From Octopus bimaculoides (Eukaryota), in contig NC_068998.1 of the NCBI RefSeq assembly GCF_001194135.2, positions 50,867,321 through 50,931,320 of the forward strand: 64,000 bases of DNA, read 5' to 3'. Positions 62,950-64,000 of the stretch are shown piece after piece. How positions within the stretch are numbered: the first letter of the stretch is position 1; every line of letters begins with the position of its first letter. A program made the translations under genes and the position numbers. Below the pieces are notes generated by a model. The model made no database searches and was not told the DNA's origin. It worked only from the letters and a program-made list of their open reading frames with translations.

Positions 62950-64000
62950 CAAAACCGGTAACAACAAACACTCAAGCTCAACAACAATAAACTTTTTCTC
63001 TTAGAATTCTCCTAGTGTCACGTAGTTCTATATACAAACTCTTGTCTTGGCAAATAAAGCTTTGCTCCGATGTTTTTCTCTGAAGTTTTGCCTCATTTTG
63101 AACAAGTTTTAAAATAATTTTGAAATAAATTTCGTTTTTATCAACTTTTAAGATGCATAAAAAACATATTTACCGTATTTTTCGTGAGAACCTGTCGTGG
63201 TCCATTAAAGATACCGATATCATTTCCTTGTATATTGTTTTGAAACGAAAATATACATAATAAAAAAAGAGAAAGGCTCTGGGCTTCTGTTTCCGCGCAA
63301 ATCAATATTATCCGTCCTAGGATTGATCAAATAAACTGCCAGTAAACTGCACAGTTGGATCGATTTTCATCGACTTTATGCCTCAACTCTAAAAGTTTCA
63401 GGCTTTGTGTAGGTGTTAGGGGAGAAAAGGCTTCGCTGTGATCATTGATAATTGTTTTTTCCCGTTAATTCATTGTGTAAGGTACTCCGCCGTTGCTATT
63501 CGTTCCAACTGACTGTCTGTTTCAGGGTACACAGAAAGAAAGAAAGAAAGAAACAGAGAGAGAGAGAGAGTGCGACGAAGATATATTTGTATCTTTTTTC
63601 TGAATAAGTTTACAGCCGGCCCAGGTCCTTTGTGTCCCCTTTTTTCGCTCGTTTTTGTATTTCTTTTTTTTTTTTTCTAACACTTTGAAAGATCCCGAAC
63701 AATTTCTGACTTATTTCACTTTTTTATGAGAAGGGCGTGAATAAACTCAACTATGGAAGACCAACCTTAACATAAATTACCAATCCGTTCGCTCTACCAA
63801 TCCCATTTTTGTTCTCAATTTGCCGAATTTATAGATTTTGAAAATTACCACCCACTCCTCGTTCTTTTTTCCTTTTCTTTTTTATTAATTTCTTTTTCGT
63901 TTACTCTCGTCTATTTTTCTCTCCCGTTCTTTTTTCTTTTCCTTCTTTTTACTTTCTTTCTTTCTTCTTCTTCTTCTTCTTCTTCTTCTTCTTCTTCTTC
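62950..64000. promoter_or_regulatory. CpG-retaining, SINE-free unique region; possible gene 5' or regulatory region
   Basis: Many CG dinucleotides, no SINE for about 1 kb, (AAAG)/(AG) and (CTT)n tracts, and a minus-strand donor-like TACG|GTAAAT near 63173. Confidence 0.3.

Noticed and set aside
2645-62990. Long ORFs of 150-460 aa in the ORF track
   Set aside because: They run through N gaps and (TA)n, (CA)n or (ATT)n tracts that lack stops; no domain content
1-64000. Assigning published octopus SINE names (OK, OR1, OR2) to families A, B and K
   Set aside because: Plausible, but needs alignment to the published consensus sequences, which I cannot run

Overview
AT-rich, microsatellite-dense animal genomic DNA from a short-read draft assembly, with about 5.8 kb (about 9%) of N gaps, most next to (TA)n or (GT)n tracts. 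The repeat families and composition look like an octopus (cephalopod) genome; that identification is from recognition, not a search. No complete protein-coding gene is supported: the long ORFs in the track run through gaps or microsatellites. The window is dominated by retroposons: three tRNA-headed SINE families (called A, B and K here), RTE-LINE 3' tails (C), and decayed RTE and CR1 reverse-transcriptase fragments. DNA-transposon remnants include a DD41D Tc1/mariner transposase with an internal inversion, a mariner C-terminus, piggyBac-like and mariner-like MITEs, and tandem Helentron/DINE-1-like copies. Two items stand out. (1) A 596-bp MITE with an 8-bp TSD, made of three nested inverted repeats around a perfect 88-bp telomeric palindrome (11967-12562). 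(2) A family reconstructed from two overlapping copies (29.8-30.0 kb and 52.2-52.3 kb) that joins a Pol III tRNA-like head to a minimal type-I hammerhead-ribozyme motif; a second hammerhead-like fold lies at 32.16 kb. A few isolated exon candidates and a CpG-rich, SINE-free right end hint at a large host gene, but it cannot be named.
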